DNA from: a virus
Lineage: Duplodnaviria > Caudoviricetes
Reading direction: 5' to 3' (one strand)
Length of the DNA: 43,903 nt
IMG/VR virus record: IMGVR_UViG_3300027271_000001
Location: 1 to 43,903 of that record
In this document: positions 25,168 to 34,233 of the stretch, in pieces
Layout: every line of letters starts with the position of its first letter
How positions within the stretch are numbered: position 1 is the stretch's first letter
The notes under the pieces: generated by a model
Database searches by the model: none
Told to the model about the DNA's origin: nothing
The model's input: the letters and a program-made list of their open reading frames with translations, nothing else
Made by a program: the position numbers and the translations under genes

Positions 25168-26823
25168 ATGGGACTTCGCGGGCCTGGCGCCACGCGGGCA
25201 AGGCTGGCGCGTGAGCAGGCAGAGAAGTCTAAGCGTCGGCTCCCATGGAAGAAGAAGGGTCTCAGCCGCGTCGAGCGCGTGATTGCATTCCTTGAGTTCC
25301 TACCGATCACGAAGGGGAAACTGCAGGGCAAGCGAATGCGCCTTCTGCCCGAACAGCGGGAATTCGTGAAGGCGGTATATGGGCGGTCGGGTGTGAACCG
25401 CGTGCGCATCGCGATCAAGTCGGAACCGCGCGGCAACGGGAAGACCGGTCTTATCTCTGGATTGGCTCTTTGCCATTTGCTCGGGCCGGAGAGCGAGCCT
25501 CGCGGCGAGGTCTATTCCGCAGCCATCGACAGGCAGCAAGCCGGACTGATCTTCAATGAGATGGAGGCCATCATCATCGCGGTACCGGAATTCGCGGCGC
25601 GCGTGAACCCGCAGCGTTTTCACAAGCGCATGGAGGTTCTTGAGGGAGACGGGGCCGGCTCGATCTATGAGGCGCTTTCCGCCGATGCCCGCCGGGCGCA
25701 CGGTCTGGCTCCATCGTATTGGGTCTATGACGAGCTTGCCCAGGCGCGGGATGGTGAGCTTCTGGAGAACCTTCGCACCGCGATGGGTAAGCGGAAGGCC
25801 GCGTTGGGAATGGTGATTTCCACCCAAGCGCCGACCGACGATCATCCACTGTCGTTGCTCATAGATGATGCACTGGAAGGGCACGACGAAAGCATCATTG
25901 TGGATTTGCGCACCGCGCCTCTGGATGCTGATCCATTCGCGCCTGAGACGATCAAGAAATGCAATCCGGCGGCCGGTGTGTTTCTTGATCTCGATGACAT
26001 CGTGAAGGAGGCGGAGCAAGCGCGGCGTGTTCCCATGTTCGAGGCCCGCTATCGCAACCTGCGCCTCAACCAGAGGATCGACGGGAACGCAGAGAACCGG
26101 ATCGTGACACGTCCGATCTGGGAGGCCTGCAAATCGGAGATCGATGTGGCGGACCTTCATGGGCGAAAGTGCTTTGGCGGTCTCGATCTGTCCGGCAAGC
26201 ACGATCTTACCGCGCTCGTCTTGGCGTTCCCTGATGGACAGGCAGAACCGGGCTTTGATTTGCTCTCGTTCTTCTGGACCCCGGAAGGTCAAATGGCCGC
26301 GCGGCGGGACCGGGAGCGGGAACTGTTTCGGGTCTGGATCAAGGCCGGGCATATCAACGCGGTTCCGGGGCCGGTGATCAAGTTTCGATATATGGCCTCG
26401 CAGCTTCGCGAGTTGATGCAGCTTTTCGATATCCAGGCGATTGGTTTCGACCGGTGGCGCGTTGATGACTTCAAGGTCGACATGGCCGATGAGGGCGTTG
26501 ATTTGCCGCTTGAGCCATACGGTCAAGGGTTCAAGGACATTTCTCCGGCGATTGAGTTTTTCGTTGAGCTCGCTCTGTCTGGTCGCCTGCGCCATGACGG
26601 GAACCCGGTGATGAATTCGTGCGTGGCGAATGCCATCACGGTCAAAGACCCCGCCGGCAACATGAAGATCGACAAAGAGAAATCGAACAAGGGCGCGTCC
26701 GTCAGGATCGACGGATTGCAGGCAGCATTGATGGCGCTTGGCACCGCCAAGAGGTTTGAGCCGGAGGCAAAAATGGATCTCACCGACTTCCTGGCAAGCC
26801 CGATTATGGCGATGGGCGCATGA
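25168..26823 (+). CDS. terL: Terminase large subunit
   Basis: PRGNGKT Walker A, VYDEL Walker B, ISTQ, GLDLS, IDGLQA. Confidence 0.95.
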   Translation: MGLRGPGATRARLAREQAEKSKRRLPWKKKGLSRVERVIAFLEFLPITKGKLQGKRMRLLPEQREFVKAVYGRSGVNRVRIAIKSEPRGNGKTGLISGLALCHLLGPESEPRGEVYSAAIDRQQAGLIFNEMEAIIIAVPEFAARVNPQRFHKRMEVLEGDGAGSIYEALSADARRAHGLAPSYWVYDELAQARDGELLENLRTAMGKRKAALGMVISTQAPTDDHPLSLLIDDALEGHDESIIVDLRTAPLDADPFAPETIKKCNPAAGVFLDLDDIVKEAEQARRVPMFEARYRNLRLNQRIDGNAENRIVTRPIWEACKSEIDVADLHGRKCFGGLDLSGKHDLTALVLAFPDGQAEPGFDLLSFFWTPEGQMAARRDRERELFRVWIKAGHINAVPGPVIKFRYMASQLRELMQLFDIQAIGFDRWRVDDFKVDMADEGVDLPLEPYGQGFKDISPAIEFFVELALSGRLRHDGNPVMNSCVANAITVKDPAGNMKIDKEKSNKGASVRIDGLQAALMALGTAKRFEPEAKMDLTDFLASPIMAMGA

Positions 26824-28160
26824 ATGCCTTCGTGAAAGCGGCAGCTGCACCGTTCAAGCTCTACAGCGCCATCAAGGATGAGGTGGCGAAGGAGCGTAGG
26901 CTGCGCCTAAATGATGGAATTGGGTGGTCGACCTTTGGCGGTCGCACCAGCAATGCTGGCAAGGTCGTAACACTCGACAGCGCAATGCAAGTCGCCACGG
27001 CGTGGGCATGCATCAAATTGAGCGCTCAAGCTGTTTCTTCATTGCCTCTGAAGGTTTTCGATAAGAGGGGTGGTGACAATCGGGTCCAGATTGATGACGA
27101 CATTGCTGATGTGATCGGGTCAGATGGAAGCCCGAACGAGGACCAGACGCCGCTTGAGTTCTGGGAGGGCATTGTCGCGTGGTTGATGACCACAGGGAAC
27201 GCGTATGCAGAACGGGTAACCGTTGGCAGGTCATTGTCGTCTCTACAGCCTATCATGAGCACGCATTGCCGACCCGTGCGATTGACAGACGGGACCCTGG
27301 TCTATCGCGTCAATGACCGCGGGAAGGCAGAAGACCTGCCCCGCGATAAGGTCTTCCATGTGAAAGGCTTCGGGCAGGGGCTGAAGAATGCGGATGAGGG
27401 ACTGTCTCCGATTGCTGCGGGCACGAATTCACTTGGTGCCGCAATGGCCGCGCAGGAGGCGGCTGGTAGAACGTTCGCAAACGGTATGCGCCCTACAGGC
27501 TTCTTTCTGTTCGACCAGGTGCTGGACAAAAAGCAGCGCGAGATGGCGCACGCGGCATTGGTGTCCCCTCTTCAGGGAAGCTCCAACTCCGGGGGTGTCG
27601 GCATCCTTGAGGCTGGCGTGAAGTGGCAAAGCGTATCTCTCAATCCCGAAGATGCGCAGATGCTGGAAACCCGTCGCTTTGATGTGGAAGAAATCTGCCG
27701 TTGGTTCGGCGTTCCTCCGATCATCATTGGCCATGCTGCGCAGGGGCAAACCATGTGGGGCTCCGGCGTGGAGTCGATCCTCATCGCTTGGCTGACACTT
27801 GGTATCGATCCGATTTGCGACCGTATCGAGGCTCGCATCAAGAAACAGCTGATCCGCCCGACAGGCAATCGCAAACGCTACGCTGAATTCAACCGTGAAG
27901 CGCTTCTGCAGATGGATTCTCAGGCCAAAGCAGCATTCCTGTCGCAGATGGTCAACAACGGCCTGATGACCCGGAATGAAGGTCGCGCGAAGCTCAATCA
28001 AAGCCGAAGCGCTGACCAGAACGCCGACAAGCTTACGGTCCAGTCCGCAATGGTCCCGCTCGATGCTCTCGGTCAGCAGACGGAAGGAAACCAGGCTCGC
28101 GCCGCACTCATGGCGTGGCTGGGCATCAACCAGGAGAAGCAAGACGATGAGCATGCGTAA
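26820..28160 (+). CDS. HK97-family portal protein
   Basis: AWACIK...SSLP, GNAYA, GLSPI, EEICRWFGVPP, MTRNEGR. Confidence 0.95.
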   Translation: MNAFVKAAAAPFKLYSAIKDEVAKERRLRLNDGIGWSTFGGRTSNAGKVVTLDSAMQVATAWACIKLSAQAVSSLPLKVFDKRGGDNRVQIDDDIADVIGSDGSPNEDQTPLEFWEGIVAWLMTTGNAYAERVTVGRSLSSLQPIMSTHCRPVRLTDGTLVYRVNDRGKAEDLPRDKVFHVKGFGQGLKNADEGLSPIAAGTNSLGAAMAAQEAAGRTFANGMRPTGFFLFDQVLDKKQREMAHAALVSPLQGSSNSGGVGILEAGVKWQSVSLNPEDAQMLETRRFDVEEICRWFGVPPIIIGHAAQGQTMWGSGVESILIAWLTLGIDPICDRIEARIKKQLIRPTGNRKRYAEFNREALLQMDSQAKAAFLSQMVNNGLMTRNEGRAKLNQSRSADQNADKLTVQSAMVPLDALGQQTEGNQARAALMAWLGINQEKQDDEHA

Positions 28161-28989
28161 GCTGCCGCAGGCGGAAATCTCGGCGCGGCCAGGACTCCGA
28201 ACAGAGGTCATGCCTTCGGCCCTCAATCGATGGAACCCTGAAGTTCATGCTGCCGCCACCGAGGATACGGACAACTCGATTTCTATCCTCGACGTGATCG
28301 GCCAGGACTTCTGGGGTGAAGGGGTGACCTCAAAGCGGATAGCCGCGGCACTTCGGTCCATCGGGAAGCAAGATGTTGTCGTCAACGTCAACAGCCCAGG
28401 AGGAGACTATTTCGAAGGTCTCGCGATCTACAATATGCTGCGCGATCACCCCGCAAAGGTGACGGTGAAGGTTCTAGGGATTGCCGCATCTGCGGCCTCT
28501 GTGATCGCGATGGCCGGCGACGAGGTGCAGATTGCACGGGCCGGGTTCCTGATGATCCACAACACATGGGTGGTGGCAATGGGCGACCGCCACCAGTTGC
28601 GAGATGTCGCAGACTGGCTTGAGCCGTTCGACGCCATGGCCGTGGATATTTATGCCGCGCGCACCGGAATCGCGCCCAAGGACCTCGGTAAAATGCTTGA
28701 CCGTGAGACATGGATCGGCGGTTCGGATGCAGTTGAACAAGGCTTCGCGGATAGTCTTCTTGCCTCGGACGAAGTATCGACCAAAGCCAAGAATGAAATG
28801 GGCAGGCAAGTATCCGCTGCCCATAAGCTGGACGCGCTACTTGCGCGAGCCGGTGCATCGAGATCGGAGCGGCGCGAGCTTGTTGCCGCTCTGAAAGGGG
28901 GCATGCCTGGCGCTGTCCCAACCGGCATGCAGGACGCTGCCGTCATTGCAGAGGTTGAAAGCCTCCTCGCTTCAATCCGGTCGATCTGA
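28147..28989 (+). CDS. ClpP-type prohead protease
   Basis: NSPGGD, AASAASVIAMAG, MIHN, ETW...AVEQGFAD. Confidence 0.93.
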   Translation: MSMRKLPQAEISARPGLRTEVMPSALNRWNPEVHAAATEDTDNSISILDVIGQDFWGEGVTSKRIAAALRSIGKQDVVVNVNSPGGDYFEGLAIYNMLRDHPAKVTVKVLGIAASAASVIAMAGDEVQIARAGFLMIHNTWVVAMGDRHQLRDVADWLEPFDAMAVDIYAARTGIAPKDLGKMLDRETWIGGSDAVEQGFADSLLASDEVSTKAKNEMGRQVSAAHKLDALLARAGASRSERRELVAALKGGMPGAVPTGMQDAAVIAEVESLLASIRSI

Positions 28990-29013
28990 CCGCCAAACGA
29001 AAACAGGTGAACC

Positions 29014-30483
29014 ATGAAAATCTTCGCTCTCTGCGGAGCCCTTGCGCTTGCGCTCGTGGCCGCCGCTTTCCATGGCGTCCTGCCTGCAAGTGAGCTTGCG
29101 CAGCACGCATCCACTTTCCTCGGTGACGGGGGAACTCTTTCGGCCATGGGACTAGCTGCCATTGGCCACCGAAACATGCCGCGGGCTTCCCTCGCGGCCC
29201 TGATGGCTGCGCGACCCGCCGGTGTGATCGGCGCCCCGCGCAACGAAGCAAACCCCGGCAAGATCGAGGAACTGCTGAAGGACGTGAAGCAGGAACTGAC
29301 GCGCATCAGCGATGATGTGAAGAAGACTGCCGAGGACGCCCTGAACCAGACCAAGGATCAGGGGAAGACCACCGACGAGTTGAAGCACAAGGCAGACGAG
29401 CTGCTGACCAACCAGAAGGCACTCACCGACGCCCAGCAGAAGCTCACCGACAAGCTGGAAGCGCTGGAAACGCGCAACCAGGATCTGGAGCAGAAGCTTG
29501 CTTCCGGTCGCAACGGTCCCGGCGACGAGCGCAAGAGCTTCGGCGAAGAGGTCGCCAATCACGAGCAGATGCGTGCCTTCGCGTCCAATGGCTGCAAAGG
29601 TACGATGCGCATCGCTCTCCCGGTCAAGCAGGCAATTACGTCTGTGAAGCCGGGCGGTGGCGGCCTGATCTGGTCGGATCGCGAAACGGCAATCGTCGGC
29701 ATTCCGATGCGGCAGATGACGATCCGCAACCTGCTCACGCAGGGCCGTACCGGGTCTAACGCGATCGAGTATGCCCGGCAGACGACCCGCACCAACAATG
29801 CGGCGATGGTCTCTGAAGGCGTCCAGAAGCCGGAATCCACCTACGCCTGGGACCAGGCGACGGTGAACGTCCGCACGATCGCTCACTGGGTGCATGTCTC
29901 CCGGCAGGCGATGGAAGATGCTGGCCAGCTTCAGACCGAGATCGACAGCGAGCTTCGCTACGGTCTCATGCTGAAGGAGGAGGAGCAGCTTCTGAAGGGC
30001 GACGGCACCGGTCAGAACCTGTCCGGTCTGGTTACCGAAGCGACGGCCTACTCGGCGGCGTTCGCGGTGACGGGCGAAACGATGATCGACACCATGCGCC
30101 TGGCGCTTCTGCAGGCTTCGCTAGCCGAATACCCGGCGGACGGCATCGTCCTTCATCCCACGGACTGGGCACGCATCGAACTGACGAAGGATGGCGAGTT
30201 CCGCTACATCTTCGCCAACGTGATGCAGATGGCCGGACCGCAGATGTGGGGCCGTCCGGTGGTGGACACCCAGGCGATGGACGAGGACGAATTCCTTGTC
30301 GGCGCCTTCCGCATGGCCGCGACGATCTACGACCGGATGGATCCGGAAGTGATCGCATCGTCCGAGGACCGCGACAACTTCGTCAAGAACATGATCACGG
30401 TTCGCGCCGAGGAGCGTCTTGCTCTCGCGGTGAAGCGCCCGGCCGCCCTGATCACGGGCGATTTCGGCAACGTTTCCGGCTGA
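29014..30483 (+). CDS. HK97-fold major capsid protein with N-terminal delta domain
   Basis: Coiled-coil delta domain; EGVQKPES, TIAHW...SRQ, GDGTGQNLSG, FVKNMITVRAEERLAL. Confidence 0.95.
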   Translation: MKIFALCGALALALVAAAFHGVLPASELAQHASTFLGDGGTLSAMGLAAIGHRNMPRASLAALMAARPAGVIGAPRNEANPGKIEELLKDVKQELTRISDDVKKTAEDALNQTKDQGKTTDELKHKADELLTNQKALTDAQQKLTDKLEALETRNQDLEQKLASGRNGPGDERKSFGEEVANHEQMRAFASNGCKGTMRIALPVKQAITSVKPGGGGLIWSDRETAIVGIPMRQMTIRNLLTQGRTGSNAIEYARQTTRTNNAAMVSEGVQKPESTYAWDQATVNVRTIAHWVHVSRQAMEDAGQLQTEIDSELRYGLMLKEEEQLLKGDGTGQNLSGLVTEATAYSAAFAVTGETMIDTMRLALLQASLAEYPADGIVLHPTDWARIELTKDGEFRYIFANVMQMAGPQMWGRPVVDTQAMDEDEFLVGAFRMAATIYDRMDPEVIASSEDRDNFVKNMITVRAEERLALAVKRPAALITGDFGNVSG

Positions 30484-30547
30484 TCGATCGGCTCATCACG
30501 GGGAGCGGCTTCCGGGCCGCTCTCTCCATGAACCGAAGGAGAGAGCC

Positions 30548-30808
30548 ATGCAGATCAAACCACTTCGCAGCATGGTCGGTAGCTATGGCAAGATCCGAAA
30601 AGGTATTGAGGCCACGGTTGACGATCATATCGCGCAGCAGCTTGTGAGGCGCGGCGTAGCTGTTCCTGCCCAGACCGGGGAGGGAGCTAAGCAGGCATCC
30701 GCGCGCCCTTCGAAGGATGCCCGCCATGGTGGCCGGACTGGAGGCGGAAAACAGTCGTCATCGTTGCCGGGGGCCCAAGCGTCGAAGGCCAGCCGCTCGA
30801 CCAGGTGA
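30548..30808 (+). CDS. Small post-capsid head-associated protein
   Basis: MQIKPLRSMVGSYGKIRKG...AQQLVRRGVA; AAGGAG RBS; position right after the capsid gene. Confidence 0.75.
   Translation: MQIKPLRSMVGSYGKIRKGIEATVDDHIAQQLVRRGVAVPAQTGEGAKQASARPSKDARHGGRTGGGKQSSSLPGAQASKASRSTR
30704..30710 (+). other. Candidate -1 frameshift site CGC-CCT-T
   Basis: Lies inside the only window (after TAA 30688-30690) that gives access to the start-less TVVIVAGGPS motif in the -1 frame. Confidence 0.6.
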
Positions 30809-31329
30809 ATGGCCGCGCCAAGGTTATTGCTATCAATAACTCCTGGCAGCTCGTGCCATGGGCAGACATCCTCTATGCCTGCGACTTCGCATGGTGGGAG
30901 AGATATCGGGGCGTGCCTGAGTTTGAAGGGCTGAAGTTGTCCGTGGATGCCTCTGCATGCCGAAGGCCGTGGGGCATTCAGAAAGTCGGCTTGAACAAGC
31001 ATGATGATGGTCTTGAGCTTATGAAGCTTGGAACTGTTGGGTGGGCTGGAAACTCCGGCTTTCACTGCCTGAATCTCGCGGTTCAGATGTGGCCGGCCAA
31101 GATCATTCTCGTCGGCTTCGACATGCGCGTTGACCTCGGGCTTCATTGGCATGGACCGCACAAAGGCTTGAACAATCCTTCGCAGCGGAATGTGGAACGC
31201 TGGCGGCGCTGCATGGATGCTGTGGCCGGCGCAATTCGCGAGTTCGGCATTGAGGTTATTAATGCCAGCCCAACCTCCGCTCTCAAAAACTATCCAAAGA
31301 TGGGACTTATGGAGGCGATGGAATGCTGA
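30709..31329 (+). CDS. Sialyltransferase/Maf-like glycosyltransferase domain, probably expressed as a frameshift fusion
   Basis: Frame open from 30691: WPDWRRKTVVIVAGGPSV...VIAINN...NSGFHCLNLA...KIILVGFDM...HWHG, paralleling the CstII/GT42 motif order. Confidence 0.65.
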   Translation, partial: FEGCPPWWPDWRRKTVVIVAGGPSVEGQPLDQVNGRAKVIAINNSWQLVPWADILYACDFAWWERYRGVPEFEGLKLSVDASACRRPWGIQKVGLNKHDDGLELMKLGTVGWAGNSGFHCLNLAVQMWPAKIILVGFDMRVDLGLHWHGPHKGLNNPSQRNVERWRRCMDAVAGAIREFGIEVINASPTSALKNYPKMGLMEAMEC

Positions 31330-31892
31330 TCAGGCTCTCCGTTCCTGCTGCTCTTGCCGTGCCTCTTGCAGACGTAAAGCTCGCGCTGCGCATCGATTTC
31401 GATGATGACGATGATCGGCTCGAAAGCCTGATCTCGGCAGAGACACAGCGTTATGAGGATTTCACTGGACGCATCATGGCACCAGTGGATCTGGAGTATC
31501 GCTTTGACCGCTGGGGTGATCCGCTGTGCATCCCCGTGGCGCCGGTTCGGGAAGTGACCGAGGTTGTCTATCTCGACAGCGCCAATGTGGAACAGACGGT
31601 TCCCGCATCGGACTGGTACAGCCTCACAACCGATGAAGGCGTTGAAGTCTGGTTCAATGACACGTTTTCCATCCCGACACTGACCACGCGAGGGCAGGCG
31701 GTACGGGTTCGGTTCCGTGCCGGATATGACCAGCCGAACGCGAGCGGTTCGGGTGACGATCCTGAGCTCGCTTCAAACGCGGTTGATCGCATCAACATCA
31801 TTCGGATGGTGCAGTGCATTTATGATCTCGATGAACTGATGCCGGATATTGAGATGATCCGTACGATGGGCAACCGGAGGATTTTCCGTTGA
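31323..31892 (+). CDS. Head-tail connector (gp6-like)
   Basis: VPLADVKLALRID..DDD...LI; VRVRFRAGY. Confidence 0.88.
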   Translation: MLIRLSVPAALAVPLADVKLALRIDFDDDDDRLESLISAETQRYEDFTGRIMAPVDLEYRFDRWGDPLCIPVAPVREVTEVVYLDSANVEQTVPASDWYSLTTDEGVEVWFNDTFSIPTLTTRGQAVRVRFRAGYDQPNASGSGDDPELASNAVDRINIIRMVQCIYDLDELMPDIEMIRTMGNRRIFR

Positions 31893-32419
31893 TCCATCCA
31901 GAGGCCGCCATCCATCCCCAAGCGCTGGTCGATGGCGTCACTATTGGCGCGCGCACCGTGGTCTGGCAATTCGCCACTGTGATCCTTGGCACGAGGATCG
32001 GAGAGGATTGCAGTGTTGGCGCTGGCGCCGTTCTTTCCGGGCCGCGCTTCGGGAACCGGTGCAAGATCAGCTCCGGCGTTGTGATGGGCCCCGGCTTCTG
32101 GATCGGTGACGACGTATTTGTCGGGCCGAATGTCGTTCTGGCCAATGACATGTGGCCGGAGGTTTCGACGGAAGGCTATGACGACGCGCGGTTGCGTGGT
32201 GGAAAGCGCTTCGCAGTTATGATCGAGGATGGTGTTTCCATTGGTGCGAATGCCGTTGTTCTGCCAGGCGTGCGGGTGGGTAAGGGAAGCGTGATCGCGG
32301 CGGGCGCGGTGGTGGATCGCAATGTTCCAGACGGTTTCTTGTTCCGGCGCAATGGATATCTGAGCGAGGTGCCGCAGGATCGTCGCCAGAAACGTATGAG
32401 GCTGGTCGATCAATGCTGA
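31889..32419 (+). CDS. Left-handed beta-helix sugar acyltransferase (WxcM/WbpD-like)
   Basis: Hexapeptide repeats; IGDDVFVGPNVVLAND; SIGANAVVLPGVRVGKGSVIAAGAVV. Confidence 0.88.
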   Translation: MIHPEAAIHPQALVDGVTIGARTVVWQFATVILGTRIGEDCSVGAGAVLSGPRFGNRCKISSGVVMGPGFWIGDDVFVGPNVVLANDMWPEVSTEGYDDARLRGGKRFAVMIEDGVSIGANAVVLPGVRVGKGSVIAAGAVVDRNVPDGFLFRRNGYLSEVPQDRRQKRMRLVDQC

Positions 32420-33027
32420 CCGTCTGCACGCTGCTTTGGGATGCGAACAGCCGTTCCCGTGATTTCTCGCGCATGTATGACGAGGAATGGGTGCACAAGC
32501 TCTATCGGGGCTTCCGGCGCAATCTGACTGTGCCGTTCCGCTTCGTGTGCTTCACGGATCGGCCGCGCATCTTCGATCCCGGTATTGAGCAGGATGCCAT
32601 TCTTGCCAAACGCCCTGACTACGGCGCATGCATCGAAGCTTACCGCACAGACGGACCCATGATCCTTGCAGGTCTGGATACCGTGATCGTGGGCAACATC
32701 GATCATCTGGCGACATGGTGCGAGAAGGCGGGCGTGCAGGCGCTACCGCGCGATCCCTATCACCCTCGCGTTGCCTGCAATGGTGTGGCGCTTGTTCCGC
32801 GTGGCTGGACGCGCATCGCCCACCAGCACAAAGGCGAGAATGACATGGAGTGGGTACGCCAGTTTCCGCACCGCTTCATTGATGATCTCTTCCCCGGCGA
32901 GGTGGTGAGCTTCAAGGGGCATGTGAAGAAGCGCGGGCTGGGCAACGCCCGCATCGTTTATTTCCACGGGCAAGAGAAGCCGCACCAGTTGCCAAGCATT
33001 GGTTGGATCAAGGAGCACTGGATCTGA
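32413..33027 (+). CDS. GT-A fold glycosyltransferase-like protein
   Basis: YDEEWVHKL...RNL...FVCFTD; GLDTVIVGNID (DxD region); IVYFHGQEKPH. Confidence 0.8.
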   Translation: MLTVCTLLWDANSRSRDFSRMYDEEWVHKLYRGFRRNLTVPFRFVCFTDRPRIFDPGIEQDAILAKRPDYGACIEAYRTDGPMILAGLDTVIVGNIDHLATWCEKAGVQALPRDPYHPRVACNGVALVPRGWTRIAHQHKGENDMEWVRQFPHRFIDDLFPGEVVSFKGHVKKRGLGNARIVYFHGQEKPHQLPSIGWIKEHWI

Positions 33028-33368
33028 TGGCAAAGCGCTCCGCCGGCACGCTGGACAGGACGATCACGATCCAGCGATTTACATCCACGATCAACGAGTT
33101 CAACGAGCAAATTCAGGCGTGGGCAGATTTCATCACGATCCGCGCCGCCCGCCGTGATGTCTCGGATGGTGAGAAATACGCCGCCGGGCAGGTGGGTTCG
33201 TCCCTTTCGAGCCGTTTCGTGGTGCGTTCGTCTGCAAAGGCCAGGACGATCACGCCAACTGACCGTCTTGTCCATGATGGCGCTTCGTACGCGATACATG
33301 GGGTCAAGGAGGCAGATGAGGGCCGACGCAGGTTCATCGAAATTTCGGCTGCGAAAGACGGCGACTGA
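33027..33368 (+). CDS. Head closure/adaptor (SPP1 gp16-like)
   Basis: AGTLDRTITIQ...W...ITPTDRLVHDG..Y.I. Confidence 0.88.
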   Translation: MAKRSAGTLDRTITIQRFTSTINEFNEQIQAWADFITIRAARRDVSDGEKYAAGQVGSSLSSRFVVRSSAKARTITPTDRLVHDGASYAIHGVKEADEGRRRFIEISAAKDGD

Positions 33369-33829
33369 TGGTCACTACCGTCAAGATTGAAGGCCTGAAA
33401 GAGCTTGAAAAGGCACTGGAGGAATTGCCCCGCGCCACGGGCAAGAGTGTTCTGCGCCGTACCTTAAAGAAGGCCGCCCAGCCCGTCGCGGAAGATATGA
33501 GAGCACGAGCACCGGATGATCCGGCTACCCATGGTAACGATTTGAAATCGAGCATTGGGGTCAGCACAAAGCTATCCAAGCGGCAGGCGCGCATTCACCG
33601 TAAGATGTTTAGAAGCGACAAGGCATCGGTGGAAATGTTTGTCGGAGCCGGAGCCCTGCCGCAGGCGCACCTTCAGGAATTCGGGGCCCCACAACATGGG
33701 CCGCAGCCATTCGCCCGACCGGCATGGGATGGCAATAAGATGCAGGTCCTGGAAGCGATCAAGGACACCTTGGGGGCCGAGATTGCCAAAGCGGCGAAGC
33801 GGCTCGCAAAGAAGCGTGCGAAAGGCTGA
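33368..33829 (+). CDS. HK97 gp10-like tail component
   Basis: IEGLKELEKAL; AHLQEFG...PQPFARPAWD. Confidence 0.88.
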   Translation: MVTTVKIEGLKELEKALEELPRATGKSVLRRTLKKAAQPVAEDMRARAPDDPATHGNDLKSSIGVSTKLSKRQARIHRKMFRSDKASVEMFVGAGALPQAHLQEFGAPQHGPQPFARPAWDGNKMQVLEAIKDTLGAEIAKAAKRLAKKRAKG

Positions 33830-33831
33830 TC

Positions 33832-34233
33832 ATGGAAGAGGCATTGATTGCTCTCCTGGCGTCTGTTGCCGGGGGGCGGCGCTATTGGGTGAACGCGCCC
33901 GCAAAGCTGCCGGACGGGTCGCTCCTGCCTAAGCCGTATGTGGTTCTCAATCGCATCACGGGCTTTCGTGACTACGCGATGAAGGGCGCTACCGGCTTCG
34001 TGGAAAGCCGCGTCCAATGTGATGTCTATGGCGACACATACACGTCCGCCAAGACAACCGCCCGGGCACTCGTTGCGGCGCTGTCCGGATATCGAGGAAC
34101 AGTAGGACAAACCGACATTCAAGGGATCATGATCGACACCGAGCGCGATCTGTTCACTGCGGATGCCGGTGACGTTCAGCGCCTGTTTCGCATTTCAATC
34201 GACATCATGATCTACCATGGAGAAACGTCATGA
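33832..34233 (+). CDS. Tail terminator (DUF3168-like)
   Basis: PYVVL...RVQCDVYG..Y..AK; position before the tail tube gene. Confidence 0.8.
   Translation: MEEALIALLASVAGGRRYWVNAPAKLPDGSLLPKPYVVLNRITGFRDYAMKGATGFVESRVQCDVYGDTYTSAKTTARALVAALSGYRGTVGQTDIQGIMIDTERDLFTADAGDVQRLFRISIDIMIYHGETS

Noticed and set aside
25300-26850. 516-aa minus-strand ORF (likewise 15028-16095, 38878-40122 and 8947-10017)
   Set aside because: Antisense shadows of terminase, early, tail and exonuclease genes
30499-30526. Hairpin after the capsid gene as an intrinsic terminator
   Set aside because: The stem is present but there is no U tract; more likely an mRNA-stabilising or attenuating hairpin
30805-30807. GTG 30805 as the true start of the transferase-like gene
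   Set aside because: It would omit the in-frame TVVIVAGGPS motif upstream and has no clear RBS; minor coupled initiation cannot be excluded
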